A stretch of DNA of 33,914 bases from Woeseiaceae bacterium (lineage in GTDB: Bacteria > Pseudomonadota > Gammaproteobacteria > Steroidobacterales > Woeseiaceae): NCBI GenBank assembly GCA_049583345.1, contig JBAUVS010000592.1, forward strand, positions 1 to 33,914, given 5' to 3'. Below, piece after piece: positions 8,422 to 17,532 of the stretch (within the stretch, counting starts at the first letter, position 1; each line of letters opens with the position of its first letter). The notes under the pieces were generated by a model. It did no database searches and was not told the origin of the DNA. It worked only from the letters and a program-made list of their open reading frames with translations. The position numbers and the translations under genes are program-made.

Positions 8422-10722
8422 ATGCTTGGCACGAGAATAACAAGATACTTCACTGCAGCTACTGTAGTTGCTGCGTTCATCTTCGGCACTGCGATCGCGA
8501 GTGGGGCGGAAACCACACATGCGAGGATGGCGACACAGTCCGCCGCGCCGCTGGAAGAAATAATGGTCACCGCACAGAAGCGCGAACAACGGCTCATGGA
8601 CGTGCCGCTCAGCATAACGGCACTGACGAATGCTGACCTCGAGCGGCAAGGGATTGATAATATGGAGGATTTTGCCAGGCAAATCGCGGGGACAACTTAC
8701 GTCACGCAATCAGCCAACAACGGCAAGTTCACCATTCGCGGTATCAACACTTCGCCGTTTCGCGGATCACAGCAGGCGCCGGTCGCCATCTACTACGACG
8801 ACCTGCCGATACAGTTGGTCACGAATTCGAACGTACGGCCGGACATGCGGCTCTACGACGTGGAGCGCGTGGAGATTCTGCGCGGGCCCCAGGGGACGGG
8901 TTTCGGCTCCGGGGCGCTCGCCGGTGCGGTACGCGTAATTACGAAGAAGGCCGATCTCGACGCGTTTTCCGCGCAGACCGGGGTCGACTTCGGATCCACC
9001 CCCTCGCGGGATTCCTTTCGGCAACGTTACAACGCGATGGTCAACGCACCGATAGTGAAGGATGAGCTGGCTTTGCGCCTGGTAGGCTACTATCGCAACG
9101 ACGAAGGGTATGTCGACAATGTCGGATACTGGGACAGCAACGGGGGCGTGGACAAGAATGTCGACTCGACCGTCGACTACGGAGGCAGGGCATCCCTGCG
9201 CTGGGTACCCAACGACATGTTCACGGGCACGTTCACCTATCTGTACCAGAAGAGCGACCCCGACGACGCCCCGGTGACCAATCCTGAGTACGGCAAGTAC
9301 GTCAAATACAGCTATTATCCGACGCCCAGGCAAGCCGAGATGTCGATCGTCAATGCGACCCTGGAATGGCAATTCGAGCATTCCACGCTGACGTCGTCGT
9401 CGACGTATTCCGATACCACGGGTACCGAATGGGCCAGTTTTGAGGATCAGACGGGATCGATACCGTCCGGCAAATATCGTCCCAATTTTACGCACTTTGT
9501 CAGCGAAGAGGCGCGTCTCGTCTCGAACGGTGGTTCGAAGTTCGACTGGATCGTCGGCGTGTTCCTTCTGGATACCGACACGAAGACGACCGACATGGAT
9601 TTCGTCGACCAGGGCTACGTCGATTCCCTCAATATCACCGGCATAACCGACGGCGATCTCGGGACGAGGGTCAACTACGCCAACGTTAAGGAATCCGCCG
9701 CTTTCGGTGAGCTTTCCTGGCATCTCTCGGATACTGTCACTGTGACCGGCGGGCTCAGGTACACACAGTACGAACAGAGTGTCGGCTCGGACGGTGGAGA
9801 AACGGCGTTGTCGGCGCTCAGAAATGCTGTAGCCGCCGGCGGTAATACGGAAGTTATTTTCGCGGTCCGCGGACCCGCAGTCGACTACAAGCTGAGCGAT
9901 TCCAAGTGGACCGGCAAGTTCAACATAAGCTATCGGCCCGATGACGACCACACCTACTACGCGCTCGCGTCGCAGGGATACCGGATGGGCCACGGCAACG
10001 CCAACGCCGGCGACATCAGTGACGTGGATCCTACCGATCTGGTTATCCCCGGCGCTTCGACGTCCGACACATTGTGGAACTATGAGCTGGGCGCGAAGAC
10101 GCGGTGGCTGGACGGCAAGCTGCAGACGAACCTGGCGCTCTACTACATCACCTGGGACGACATGCAGGTTCAGGTCAGGCGTTTGTCCGATCTGGCGAAC
10201 GCATTCCTGAACGTCGGCAAGTCCGTTTCGAAGGGAATCGAACTCGAGTTGCAGGCGCGGCCGACGGACGCGCTGGATCTGGGTTTCAATCTCACGCTTC
10301 AGAACGCGGAGGTCGTCTCCCTGACGGAAGAAGAGGCGGCCCAGACCGGTGCTTACGAAGGACATCCGCTGCCGTCACCGAAGACCCAGGTATCCGGGTA
10401 TGTACAATACACGGCCAGCCTTGCAAACGGCAACGAACTGTATTTCCGGACGGACGCGCAGCACCTGGAAGGCTTCTGGAATGGCTTCAAATACCAGCCG
10501 GGCAAGCCGGGGATCCTCGATCCTCGTATCGCCAAGAGCGACGCCTACGAGAACGTCAACGCGAGCGTGGGCTGGTTAACCGATAATTGGCGGCTCTCGG
10601 TCTACGTGGAGAATCTCACCGACAATGACGATATCGTCGGTCAGCGTGATACCGCGTCACACAACCAGGTTATCAGGCTGCGGCCGCGTACCTACGGCGT
10701 CCGGTTCGTTTATGACTTCTGA
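8422..10722 (+). CDS. TonB-dependent outer-membrane receptor 1
   Basis: 766 aa with a signal peptide. Plug-domain start is EEIMVTAQKREQRLMDVPLSITALT, followed by FTIRGINT and VERVEILRGPQGTGFGSGALAG. The C-terminus is the barrel ending YGVRFVYDF with a terminal Phe. RBS GGGGGA precedes the ATG. Confidence 0.92.
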   Translation: MLGTRITRYFTAATVVAAFIFGTAIASGAETTHARMATQSAAPLEEIMVTAQKREQRLMDVPLSITALTNADLERQGIDNMEDFARQIAGTTYVTQSANNGKFTIRGINTSPFRGSQQAPVAIYYDDLPIQLVTNSNVRPDMRLYDVERVEILRGPQGTGFGSGALAGAVRVITKKADLDAFSAQTGVDFGSTPSRDSFRQRYNAMVNAPIVKDELALRLVGYYRNDEGYVDNVGYWDSNGGVDKNVDSTVDYGGRASLRWVPNDMFTGTFTYLYQKSDPDDAPVTNPEYGKYVKYSYYPTPRQAEMSIVNATLEWQFEHSTLTSSSTYSDTTGTEWASFEDQTGSIPSGKYRPNFTHFVSEEARLVSNGGSKFDWIVGVFLLDTDTKTTDMDFVDQGYVDSLNITGITDGDLGTRVNYANVKESAAFGELSWHLSDTVTVTGGLRYTQYEQSVGSDGGETALSALRNAVAAGGNTEVIFAVRGPAVDYKLSDSKWTGKFNISYRPDDDHTYYALASQGYRMGHGNANAGDISDVDPTDLVIPGASTSDTLWNYELGAKTRWLDGKLQTNLALYYITWDDMQVQVRRLSDLANAFLNVGKSVSKGIELELQARPTDALDLGFNLTLQNAEVVSLTEEEAAQTGAYEGHPLPSPKTQVSGYVQYTASLANGNELYFRTDAQHLEGFWNGFKYQPGKPGILDPRIAKSDAYENVNASVGWLTDNWRLSVYVENLTDNDDIVGQRDTASHNQVIRLRPRTYGVRFVYDF

Positions 10723-10756
10723 CCTGTCCGGCCCTGCCGGTACCGCCTGAAAGCGG

Positions 10757-10794
10757 CGGCCCGCTTCGACACGAACGATGCGGGCCGTTTTTTT
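10757..10794 (+). terminator. Rho-independent terminator after receptor 1
   Basis: The stem CGGCCCGC (10757-10764) pairs with GCGGGCCG (10780-10787) around a 15-nt loop. It is followed directly by seven T (10788-10794). It lies between convergent genes. Confidence 0.7.
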
Positions 10795-10815
10795 GTGTTG
10801 TCCGTCCGCCGGCGC

Positions 10816-11949
10816 TCAGTGCCGGCCGGGATACGGGAACTTCTCCACGGTCACTCTCTTGCCGGAGATCCTGTTCGTGCTGCTCGTTGTCGTGGCCATG
10901 AAGAGGGAATTGTAGATTGCCTCCTGTGTCGCCTCCGCGACGGCTTCGAACAGGGGCGACATACGATCGTTCGAAAGATCTTCGTAAGTCGCGACGTTCT
11001 CCCGGCGCCTTGCCGTCCGGCGCACGCTCTCGGCGACGGAGAAAGCGATCGCGTAGTCGCCGGATCCGTTCGAGAATCCTGCGCCCGTCCGTGCCAGGCC
11101 TGCGGATGCCCGCCGTGCCAGTCTCCTCAGGTTGCGGTCGGACAAGGGAGCGTCGGTCGCAACGATCATCATGATAGAACCTACCGAATCAGCGCCGGGC
11201 TGCTCGACCAGGGTCCCCATTCCGTAGTCGACGCCATTGATCGTCAGGCGGCCGCCGAAATTCGTCTGCACCAGGACCCCGACGGTGTAGCCGCCCTGCT
11301 CCGCGGGAAGAATCCGCGAGCTGGTGCCGATCCCGCCCTTCCAGCCGAAGGCCACCGTGCCGGTACCGGCACCGACGGCACCCTCGGCAACCGGTCCGCC
11401 GGACGCGTTCTCGATTGCTCTATAGATGTCTTTCGCTGTCAGCGCCCGGCCGCGAATGTCGTTGAGCCGGGAATCGTTTGTCTCTCCGACGATTGCGTTG
11501 ATCGATTTGACCTCTTCATTACCCGGCTGGACCAGCGTCCAGTCGAGTATCGCCTCTATGCCCGTAGCAACCGAAAGCGTATTGGTAAGCACGATCGGGG
11601 TCTCGATCTCGCCCAACTCGATCAGTTGAGTGCTGCCGGCCAGCTTGCCGAAACCGTTCGCGACATCCAGTCCCGCCGGTACGCGATCCTGGAACAGATT
11701 GCCGCCGTGGGGCAGAATCGCGGTCGCTCCGGTGCGGACGCTTTCGCCCTCCACGAGGGTCACGTGCCCGACCTTTACTCCCGCGACGTCGGTTATCGCA
11801 TTGAGCGGTCCCGGCGCATACACGCCCGGCGCAATGCCGAGATCGCGCGCCCGAACCCCGGTTTCGCCGGCGGCCGTCGCCCCGGCTGCCACGACAACGA
11901 GTCCAAACAGCCCGAAGCGGACAACCCTCTGCCGAAATGGTTTTCTCAT
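10816..11949 (-). CDS. P1/S58 family self-processing aminopeptidase (DmpA / BapA type), exported
   Basis: 377 aa with a signal peptide (FGLFGLVVVAAGATAAGE). Family blocks are ITDVAGVKVGHVTL, AILPHGGN, NAIVGETNDSRLNDI, VGAGTGTVAFGWKGGIGTSS (autoprocessing region), IMMIVATDAPL and NGSGDYAIAFS. Confidence 0.85.
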   Translation of the reverse strand: MRKPFRQRVVRFGLFGLVVVAAGATAAGETGVRARDLGIAPGVYAPGPLNAITDVAGVKVGHVTLVEGESVRTGATAILPHGGNLFQDRVPAGLDVANGFGKLAGSTQLIELGEIETPIVLTNTLSVATGIEAILDWTLVQPGNEEVKSINAIVGETNDSRLNDIRGRALTAKDIYRAIENASGGPVAEGAVGAGTGTVAFGWKGGIGTSSRILPAEQGGYTVGVLVQTNFGGRLTINGVDYGMGTLVEQPGADSVGSIMMIVATDAPLSDRNLRRLARRASAGLARTGAGFSNGSGDYAIAFSVAESVRRTARRRENVATYEDLSNDRMSPLFEAVAEATQEAIYNSLFMATTTSSTNRISGKRVTVEKFPYPGRH

Positions 11950-12038
11950 GATTCAGTCATCCTTCCGGCGGCATGCGCCGTCCGCGATTGGTCACGGATC
12001 GGGCGCCACACCAACCGGACGTTTTCCAATCTGTCACC

Positions 12039-12093
12039 GCTTGACCCGACCCCGGTATTCTATTATCTTGAACCAAAGGATAATAATTTGAAT
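12039..12093 (+). promoter_or_regulatory. Conserved promoter/operator module, copy B (upstream of the membrane-protein gene, divergent from the DmpA-type gene)
   Basis: Sequence GCTTGACCCgaccccggtATTCTATTATCTTGAACCAAAGGATAATAATTTGAAT. TTGACC (12041-12046) is followed by 17 nt and TATCTT (12064-12069). It has the same spacing and box order as copy A. Confidence 0.55.
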
Positions 12094-12112
12094 CGTTGCA
12101 GGGGGTAGCACC

Positions 12113-12652
12113 ATGTCCACTGATTCGCCCGTCGAAAGAATCCCGATGTGGCTTGCCGTCGCCTTGACGGTCGTCGCATCGATGCCCTTCGGCCTCTGGC
12201 TCGGCAAGTACAATTTCGCACTGTGGTGCTGTTTCATCGTGTGGGCGGAATATTTCGCTCTGGGAGCAAGCCCCGCGGCCCTGCGCCTGATCGTACCGAG
12301 TTTTTCCTACTCCGTTGTACTGACGGCCGTCACCCTTTGGGCCGTGCAACTGTTCGACTTCCTGCCCTCGCTCAGGACCGAGGGCGATCTCGCCGTGACG
12401 GTCGCTCTGTTCGCCGGCATCGCCTTGACCGTCTACACGATGCGGTACTCCAGGATCTTCCAGGATGGCTCCCTGCCCTTTTTCAATGGAATATCGATGG
12501 GGCTTGCAATCTATTTCACGGGCAGCTTCCCGGACTTCGGCGGCATCCTCCCGGCCGCGCTCGCCGCCGGTGCCTGGACCGTCCTGATGGGACTCTTCGG
12601 CTGCGCGTTGGGCGTATTCAACGTCTGGATTACTTTCCCCAGGCACCGTTAG
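12113..12652 (+). CDS. Small polytopic inner-membrane protein, possibly DUF1097 (YcdZ-like)
   Basis: 179 aa with about five hydrophobic helices and RBS GGGGG. The pattern LWCCFIVWAEYFALGA resembles the YcdZ family as I remember it. The family call is tentative. Confidence 0.6.
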   Translation: MSTDSPVERIPMWLAVALTVVASMPFGLWLGKYNFALWCCFIVWAEYFALGASPAALRLIVPSFSYSVVLTAVTLWAVQLFDFLPSLRTEGDLAVTVALFAGIALTVYTMRYSRIFQDGSLPFFNGISMGLAIYFTGSFPDFGGILPAALAAGAWTVLMGLFGCALGVFNVWITFPRHR

Positions 12653-12722
12653 TCATTCCCTCGCCTCGAGGTCCGACCGGCGGAAGCGGGTCAAGGGATT
12701 CCCGGTTCCGGTCCCGGGTACC

Positions 12723-13853
12723 TCAGGCATCACTGACGCCGTCCAGCAGCGGCTCGAGCCGCGGATATTCGGCGCCGTTCTCGGTGCACACGGCGAAATG
12801 CGCCTTCTCGGCGCCGGCGTACATCGCGACGCCGGCGTATTCACCGCGTTTGTTGAGCACGTAGAAGCGCAGATCGAACTTCGGCAGGCCGCGATCGTTG
12901 ATCAGGCGCTTCTCGACCGTGTTGGCCTTGACGCGCTTCAGGGCCGCGATCGCCGCGTCCTTGGGATGCTTTCCGCGCCGCATCTCCTCCACAATCAGGA
13001 AGGAGTTCAGGCCATACAGATTCGCTTCGCCCCGCCCGGTCGAACCCGCAGCGCCGACCTCGTTGTCGACGTACAGGCCCGCACCGAGGATCGGTGAATC
13101 CCCGACCCGGCCCGGAATCTTCCAGGCAAGGCCGCTCGTCGTCGTCACACCGCAAACGTCCCCCGAAGGATTGATCCCGTTGCAGTTGATCGTACCGTAG
13201 AAGCCCTCCGCGTCGATCAGTCCTTCGCGCACCATTTCCCGTGCCGCCCGCATGCCGGCCGCAATCCGCTCCGCCTCGCTCGGGTAGTGCCCCGGGTCCA
13301 CCCTGCGTTTCCATTCCAGCCATAGCTTGCGGGACGTGTCCGTGTTGAGATCGTCTTCGATCTCGAAGCCAACGTTTCTGGCGAAACGTTGCGCGCCCTC
13401 TCCTACGAGCAGGTGATGATCGGTCAGTTCCATTACGGCATGAGCCACATTCGAGGGCGTACGCACGCCTTCCAGGGCCGCGACACCGCCTGCCCGCCGC
13501 TTGGGGCCATGCATGACGCAGGAGTCGAGTTGCACGACGCCGTCGGCATTCGGCAGTCCACCGTATCCTACGCTGGTCTCCTCCGGATCGAGCTCGACGA
13601 TGTTAACGCCATGTATGAGCGATTCCAGCACATCGTCCCCTTCCTCCACCATGTGGCGGAAGGCCGTTTCCACGCAATTGGCGTCACCGCCGTTCTTGCG
13701 CGTATAGCCGTTTCCGGCCGAAATGATGACGGGTTTGGTGCGCCCGGTGACAACGGCAGGGGCTGCCTCGAGTACTCCTGCGGACGTTGCGGCGGCGAGG
13801 CCTGCAAGCGATCCCACGGTGATGAAGCCCCGTCGGCTGATTGTGTCGGTCAT
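12723..13853 (-). CDS. Ntn-hydrolase asparaginase family: glycosylasparaginase / isoaspartyl peptidase type, Tat-exported
   Basis: 376 aa with the twin-arginine leader MTDTISRRGFITVGSLAGLAAATSAG. The autoprocessing/nucleophile region is FYGTINCNG. Family blocks include TTTSGLAWKIPGRVGDSPILGAGLYVD and GAAGSTGRGE. RBS is GAGGAAG. Confidence 0.85.
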   Translation of the reverse strand: MTDTISRRGFITVGSLAGLAAATSAGVLEAAPAVVTGRTKPVIISAGNGYTRKNGGDANCVETAFRHMVEEGDDVLESLIHGVNIVELDPEETSVGYGGLPNADGVVQLDSCVMHGPKRRAGGVAALEGVRTPSNVAHAVMELTDHHLLVGEGAQRFARNVGFEIEDDLNTDTSRKLWLEWKRRVDPGHYPSEAERIAAGMRAAREMVREGLIDAEGFYGTINCNGINPSGDVCGVTTTSGLAWKIPGRVGDSPILGAGLYVDNEVGAAGSTGRGEANLYGLNSFLIVEEMRRGKHPKDAAIAALKRVKANTVEKRLINDRGLPKFDLRFYVLNKRGEYAGVAMYAGAEKAHFAVCTENGAEYPRLEPLLDGVSDA

Positions 13854-13878
13854 TTCTCTTCCTCACATAAGAAAATGC

Positions 13879-13914
13879 GCAGATATTCCGCGCCGCCGGG
13901 CACGGAATATCTGC
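13879..13914 (-). terminator. Perfect 12-bp hairpin between receptor 2 and the asparaginase-family gene (terminator or attenuator)
   Basis: GCAGATATTCCG (13879-13890) pairs with CGGAATATCTGC (13903-13914) around a 12-nt loop. On the minus strand it is followed by GCATTTTCTT. It lies 41 nt after the receptor 2 stop and 25 nt before the next start codon. Confidence 0.45.
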
Positions 13915-13954
13915 AAGGACCGAGGCAGGAAGCCTGTCGGTCAATCTTCTGCTT

Positions 13955-16627
13955 TCAGAACGAGACGTCCAGTCGTGCGTAGTAGGAACCCCCTTGATAC
14001 GGCGTTCCTTCTTTCCAGTACTGTATGCCGCGGTTGGTTTTCGGGTCGATCTTCTCCGGAACGGATTTCGGATAGTTGTCGAATACGTTATCCGCCCCGA
14101 TCGTCATTCGGATCGCGTCACTGATCTGATAGGCGGCGGATATGTCGATGAATACGTCCGAGGGGAGTTGGTCGACGATGTAGGATCCATCGGGATTCGT
14201 GTAGCCGAATGCCACTTTCTGTGCTCCCCACAATCGGCCCCGCGCTCCGAGTGTCAGTTTGTCGTTCAGGACGTAGTTTGCCGTCAGTACGGCGCGATGC
14301 GGCGGAGAGAACAACTCGGTTTGGAGATTTGTGATCTCGTCGGAGATTGCGGGATCGAATTTCGTTACGTCGGTCTTTACGTACGCGTACGCGAGTGACA
14401 GCGACAGTTGCGAGGAGAACAGATCCATCACGCGGGTGCCCACGACTTCCACGCCCTTCGTCGTGGTATTGAGGCCGTTGCCGTAGAATCTTGCTTCCGT
14501 CAGGAACGCCGCCCCGGGGAAGCCCGAATCGATCAACTCCTGAAACGCCGGAGCATAGGCCGGGTTCGATGCCTGATACCTTTGCGACAGCCGGATGCGA
14601 TCGTCGAGCTTGATCTGGAAAGCGTCGATCGTGATATCCGTGTAGTCGCCCGGCGTCCACACGAAGCCCAGTGAATAATTATTCGCTTTTTCCGCCTTTA
14701 GGGGAGACGCGCCCAACGCAATGGCCAGCGGATGGCTCGCGGGGAAGACGCCGCCATAGTTGACGGTGCCGCCGAAAAAGCCCGTAGTCAACTGCAGGTT
14801 GTCAATCTGGCCGAGCGACGGTGCGTGAAAACCGGTCGACACCGCGCCCCGGATCGCGAGGACATCCGGAATGAGTTGAAACCGTCCTGATACCTTCACG
14901 CTGGTGTTGTTGCCGAAATCCGAATAGTCCTCATAGCGAACTGCGGCGGTCAGGTTGAGTGCTTCGGTCACCTGCGCATCCAGGTCGACATAGGCAGCGT
15001 AACTGCTGCGCGTGGACTCGAAGAGCGCTGCAATCGGCGTTCCGGTGAAGCCGTTGGCGCCGACGGCAAGGTCTGATAACGGCCCCACCTTCCAGGAATT
15101 CTCCTCACCGTTGATGTTGTAATAATGTTCCCGGCGGTAATTCGCGCCGAACGAGATGAGCAGCGTGTCGATCGAGTCGGTCTTTACGGTATAGCCGAAG
15201 TCGGCATTGATTGCGCCTTCGATGTTGACGAGCCCGCCATTGTAGAAGCTCGTCTGCACGTTGGCGTAGTCGATGGAGCCGTCGGGGGCCATCGGTGCAC
15301 CGAGCGAAGAGTTTTGGGTGCCCCGGTTCCATATATCGACCCGGCTGCGGCCGAACGATCCCGACACGTCCCAGGTCAGCCCATTCGAACGTTCGCCGCG
15401 AACGCCGGCGTACGCGCCGAAGTCGGGGCCCTGAATCGTAATTCTGGGTGTGTATCCGGCCGGAAACGCCAGTTTTGGATCGTAGCCGACCGGCGCTGCG
15501 CCGTTTGTCGAGGTCGCGTTCGGGCCGTCCGCCAACAGGTAGGCGGCGTCGGCTGCGGCCTCGACGCCGATCAGGGCTTCGAGTTCAGGCAGTGTCAATT
15601 GGGTCGGGTTCATGTTGGAAGGAGGCGATCCGATACTGCCGTTTGGAAAGTGCAGCTCCGGGATGTCCGAACACGGCCGCAAACCGGGATGGTGGTGCGA
15701 GCCGCCCTCGCAATACAGGTTCGAGCGGTAGTTGGCCGTCTGCAGGTTGGAGATCTCGGCGAAATTGCCGAAGGTATATAGCTCAACGGATTCGGTGATG
15801 GGTATGGCCGAATTCCAGGTCACTTGCGTCATGTCCTGCGCGGTGATTCCGGCGTACTGCGCCTTCAATGGATCGATGTCGATCGTTACCCCTCTCCGCT
15901 CCCCGTCCGCAAGCATCGCAACCGCGTCGAGATGCGGCAGGTTTCTCTGGGTCGGGTCCTGCGAACTGTGCGATACAGTTACCGTGAGGAAGCCCTCGTC
16001 ATTCAGGAAATGAGTGCCGTATTTTCCGGCCACTGTGTACAGGGCTCCGTCGCCTTCGTAGTACTCGCTGTAGCCCGCACGCACGGACATGCCCTCCGAA
16101 GAATCCATGACGAGGTTGATCACGCCTGCGACTGCATCGGCACCATAGAGGGCGGATGCACCGTCGCGGAGTATCTCCACGTTACTCAGGCCGATCGTGC
16201 CGAAGGTGCTGACGTTCTGCTGCTGAATGCCGAGCTTGTTGACGATCGAGGATCGATGCACCCGTTTGCCGTTGAGGAGCAGCAGGATTTCACCGCCGTC
16301 GAGCCCGCGCAGATTCGTTTCTCTGGAAAAGGAATCCTGGTCCGACGATGATTCCCGATGCGCATAGTACGAGGGCGACACGTCCATGAGCGCATCCTTG
16401 ATGTCGGCCTGCGGCGTCTTTATCAACTCCGTTACCGGAATGACATCCACCGGTACGGTGGATTCCAATGCCGTCCTACCCTTGGCTCGCGTTCCGACGG
16501 AGACAATTACTTCCAGTACGTCCTTGTTGGCGGAATTTTCCGCCGGCTCGCCGGTTTGCTGTCCGGGCGCCGGGAAACTGGCGCCCAGCAGGGCGGCGCC
16601 GATGATACACAGTGCCTGCGTTCTCAT
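13955..16627 (-). CDS. TonB-dependent outer-membrane receptor 2
   Basis: 890 aa with the signal peptide MRTQALCIIGAALLGASFPAPG. Plug blocks are LEVIVSVGTRAKGRTALESTVPVDVI, NLRGLDG and VEILRDGASALYGADAVAGVINLV. The C-terminus is YYARLDVSF with a terminal Phe. Confidence 0.92.
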   Translation of the reverse strand: MRTQALCIIGAALLGASFPAPGQQTGEPAENSANKDVLEVIVSVGTRAKGRTALESTVPVDVIPVTELIKTPQADIKDALMDVSPSYYAHRESSSDQDSFSRETNLRGLDGGEILLLLNGKRVHRSSIVNKLGIQQQNVSTFGTIGLSNVEILRDGASALYGADAVAGVINLVMDSSEGMSVRAGYSEYYEGDGALYTVAGKYGTHFLNDEGFLTVTVSHSSQDPTQRNLPHLDAVAMLADGERRGVTIDIDPLKAQYAGITAQDMTQVTWNSAIPITESVELYTFGNFAEISNLQTANYRSNLYCEGGSHHHPGLRPCSDIPELHFPNGSIGSPPSNMNPTQLTLPELEALIGVEAAADAAYLLADGPNATSTNGAAPVGYDPKLAFPAGYTPRITIQGPDFGAYAGVRGERSNGLTWDVSGSFGRSRVDIWNRGTQNSSLGAPMAPDGSIDYANVQTSFYNGGLVNIEGAINADFGYTVKTDSIDTLLISFGANYRREHYYNINGEENSWKVGPLSDLAVGANGFTGTPIAALFESTRSSYAAYVDLDAQVTEALNLTAAVRYEDYSDFGNNTSVKVSGRFQLIPDVLAIRGAVSTGFHAPSLGQIDNLQLTTGFFGGTVNYGGVFPASHPLAIALGASPLKAEKANNYSLGFVWTPGDYTDITIDAFQIKLDDRIRLSQRYQASNPAYAPAFQELIDSGFPGAAFLTEARFYGNGLNTTTKGVEVVGTRVMDLFSSQLSLSLAYAYVKTDVTKFDPAISDEITNLQTELFSPPHRAVLTANYVLNDKLTLGARGRLWGAQKVAFGYTNPDGSYIVDQLPSDVFIDISAAYQISDAIRMTIGADNVFDNYPKSVPEKIDPKTNRGIQYWKEGTPYQGGSYYARLDVSF

Positions 16628-16704
16628 GTTGAACCCCCAACTTATTGGTATCGGCTTTCCGGCTTACGCGTGGATTTCGGATTCAAATTCGCGTCATACG
16701 GAAC

Positions 16705-16760
16705 TTGCAGTCTATCCCAGCAATTCAATATATTCAACTGAGGATAAAATAATGGGAATT
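16705..16760. promoter_or_regulatory. Degenerate copy C of the AT-rich module, between cytochrome c and receptor 2
   Basis: Plus-strand sequence TTGCAGtctatcccagcaATTCAATATATTCAACTGAGGATAAAATAATGGGAATT resembles copy B with small indels. On the minus strand it reads TTGAAT-N17-TAGACT, a plausible promoter for receptor 2. The orientation is ambiguous. Confidence 0.4.
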
Positions 16761-16820
16761 ATAAGAAAACGACAGGAATACGCGCTTGCGGGCCCATGGC
16801 CCGGCGCGGGCGAGGCATGC

Positions 16821-17240
16821 TCACTCGTTTCGGGGTGCGGCCTGGCATTCCTCTCCGGAGACGTATCTCGCCAGTGCCTCAATCTCGGAATCACTCAGAC
16901 CAATCGCCTGGTCGATCATCAGACCTTTAGTCAGTGCGTCGATGACATAGTCCTTCGAGAATTTCGCCATCATTTCTCTGGTCGGTATGCCGGGCACGAC
17001 GTCATGGCATTTGGCACATCGCTGCTGGTACAAGGCCGCACCGGCCGACAGAGCTTCGGATTCGACAGTGGCCTTCGAGCGCTGGTCCCGGCCGCTGACC
17101 GAGTCGTAGTCTAACGGCGATCCGAGACGGACTTCGGTCCCATCGCAGCCCATACCCGTGTACGGCACTGCCGCAAGTACCAGGGCGGTAACGAGGATCG
17201 GTGTCCGGTGTGAGTGGCGCCTCCAAATCGGGTACATCAT
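16821..17240 (-). CDS. Exported monohaem c-type cytochrome
   Basis: I prefer the start at MMYPIWRR (ATG 17240), which gives a hydrophobic leader ILVTALVLAAVPYTGMGC. The haem motif lies in GAALYQQRCAKCHD (CxxCH). A distal Met region GLMIDQA is followed by LSDSEIEALARYV, typical of class I cytochromes c. Confidence 0.75.
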   Translation of the reverse strand: MMYPIWRRHSHRTPILVTALVLAAVPYTGMGCDGTEVRLGSPLDYDSVSGRDQRSKATVESEALSAGAALYQQRCAKCHDVVPGIPTREMMAKFSKDYVIDALTKGLMIDQAIGLSDSEIEALARYVSGEECQAAPRNE

Positions 17241-17489
17241 TCGCTTTGACTCCGGGCTTGCGGAAGTCTGCAGGGGCTCCGCGGCCGATTGTCGTGTAGT
17301 CGCGGCCAGACCCGTCGGCCCGTAAAACAGCATACGGCGAAGAGCGCTTGTGCTCGCTGCAACGACTGACAAGGATCAACAGGACATCGCGCAGAACATC
17401 CTGAGCATCGTCCTGCCATTTTTCTTTACTGCGGACTTCAGCAATGACTATACTGCCGCTAGTGTGTCCATTTCCGTCCGACGGCGTAG

Positions 17490-17504
17490 TTCAATCATAT
17501 TGAA
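17490..17504. promoter_or_regulatory. Palindromic operator candidate (copy E) in front of the XRE/cupin regulator gene
   Basis: TTCAATcatATTGAA is a perfect 6-3-6 palindrome. An AT-rich tail TATAAATAAAAATACTGGAAAT follows and resembles the tail of copy C (GATAAAATAATGGGAAT). A candidate promoter TTTACT (17425-17430)-N18-TATACT (17449-17454) lies upstream, so the palindrome would sit in the transcribed leader. Confidence 0.45.
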
Positions 17505-17532
17505 TATAAATAAAAATACTGGAAATAGTCAA

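Noticed and set aside
7972-8709. Cluster of 60-130-aa ORFs on both strands in the DUF3604 / receptor 1 intergenic region
   Set aside because: They have no RBS, overlap each other, and cross the AT-rich promoter module and the receptor 1 start. I treat the region as a non-coding control and leader region.
8767-10365. 532-aa reverse-strand ORF inside receptor 1
   Set aside because: It is a typical high-GC antisense open frame, Arg- and Gly-rich with no domain features. The plus frame is an unambiguous TonB-dependent receptor.
10795-12108. 437-aa plus-strand ORF
   Set aside because: It is the shadow of the DmpA-type gene on the minus strand. It would also run through the AT-rich promoter module B.
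16752-17114. Plus-strand ORF MGIIRKRQEY... with an AGGA-ATG context right after module copy C
   Set aside because: It overlaps the cytochrome c gene on the opposite strand, which has a leader, a CxxCH motif and a class I cytochrome C-terminal pattern. The plus ORF has no features. The AGGA is part of the conserved GGATAA box.
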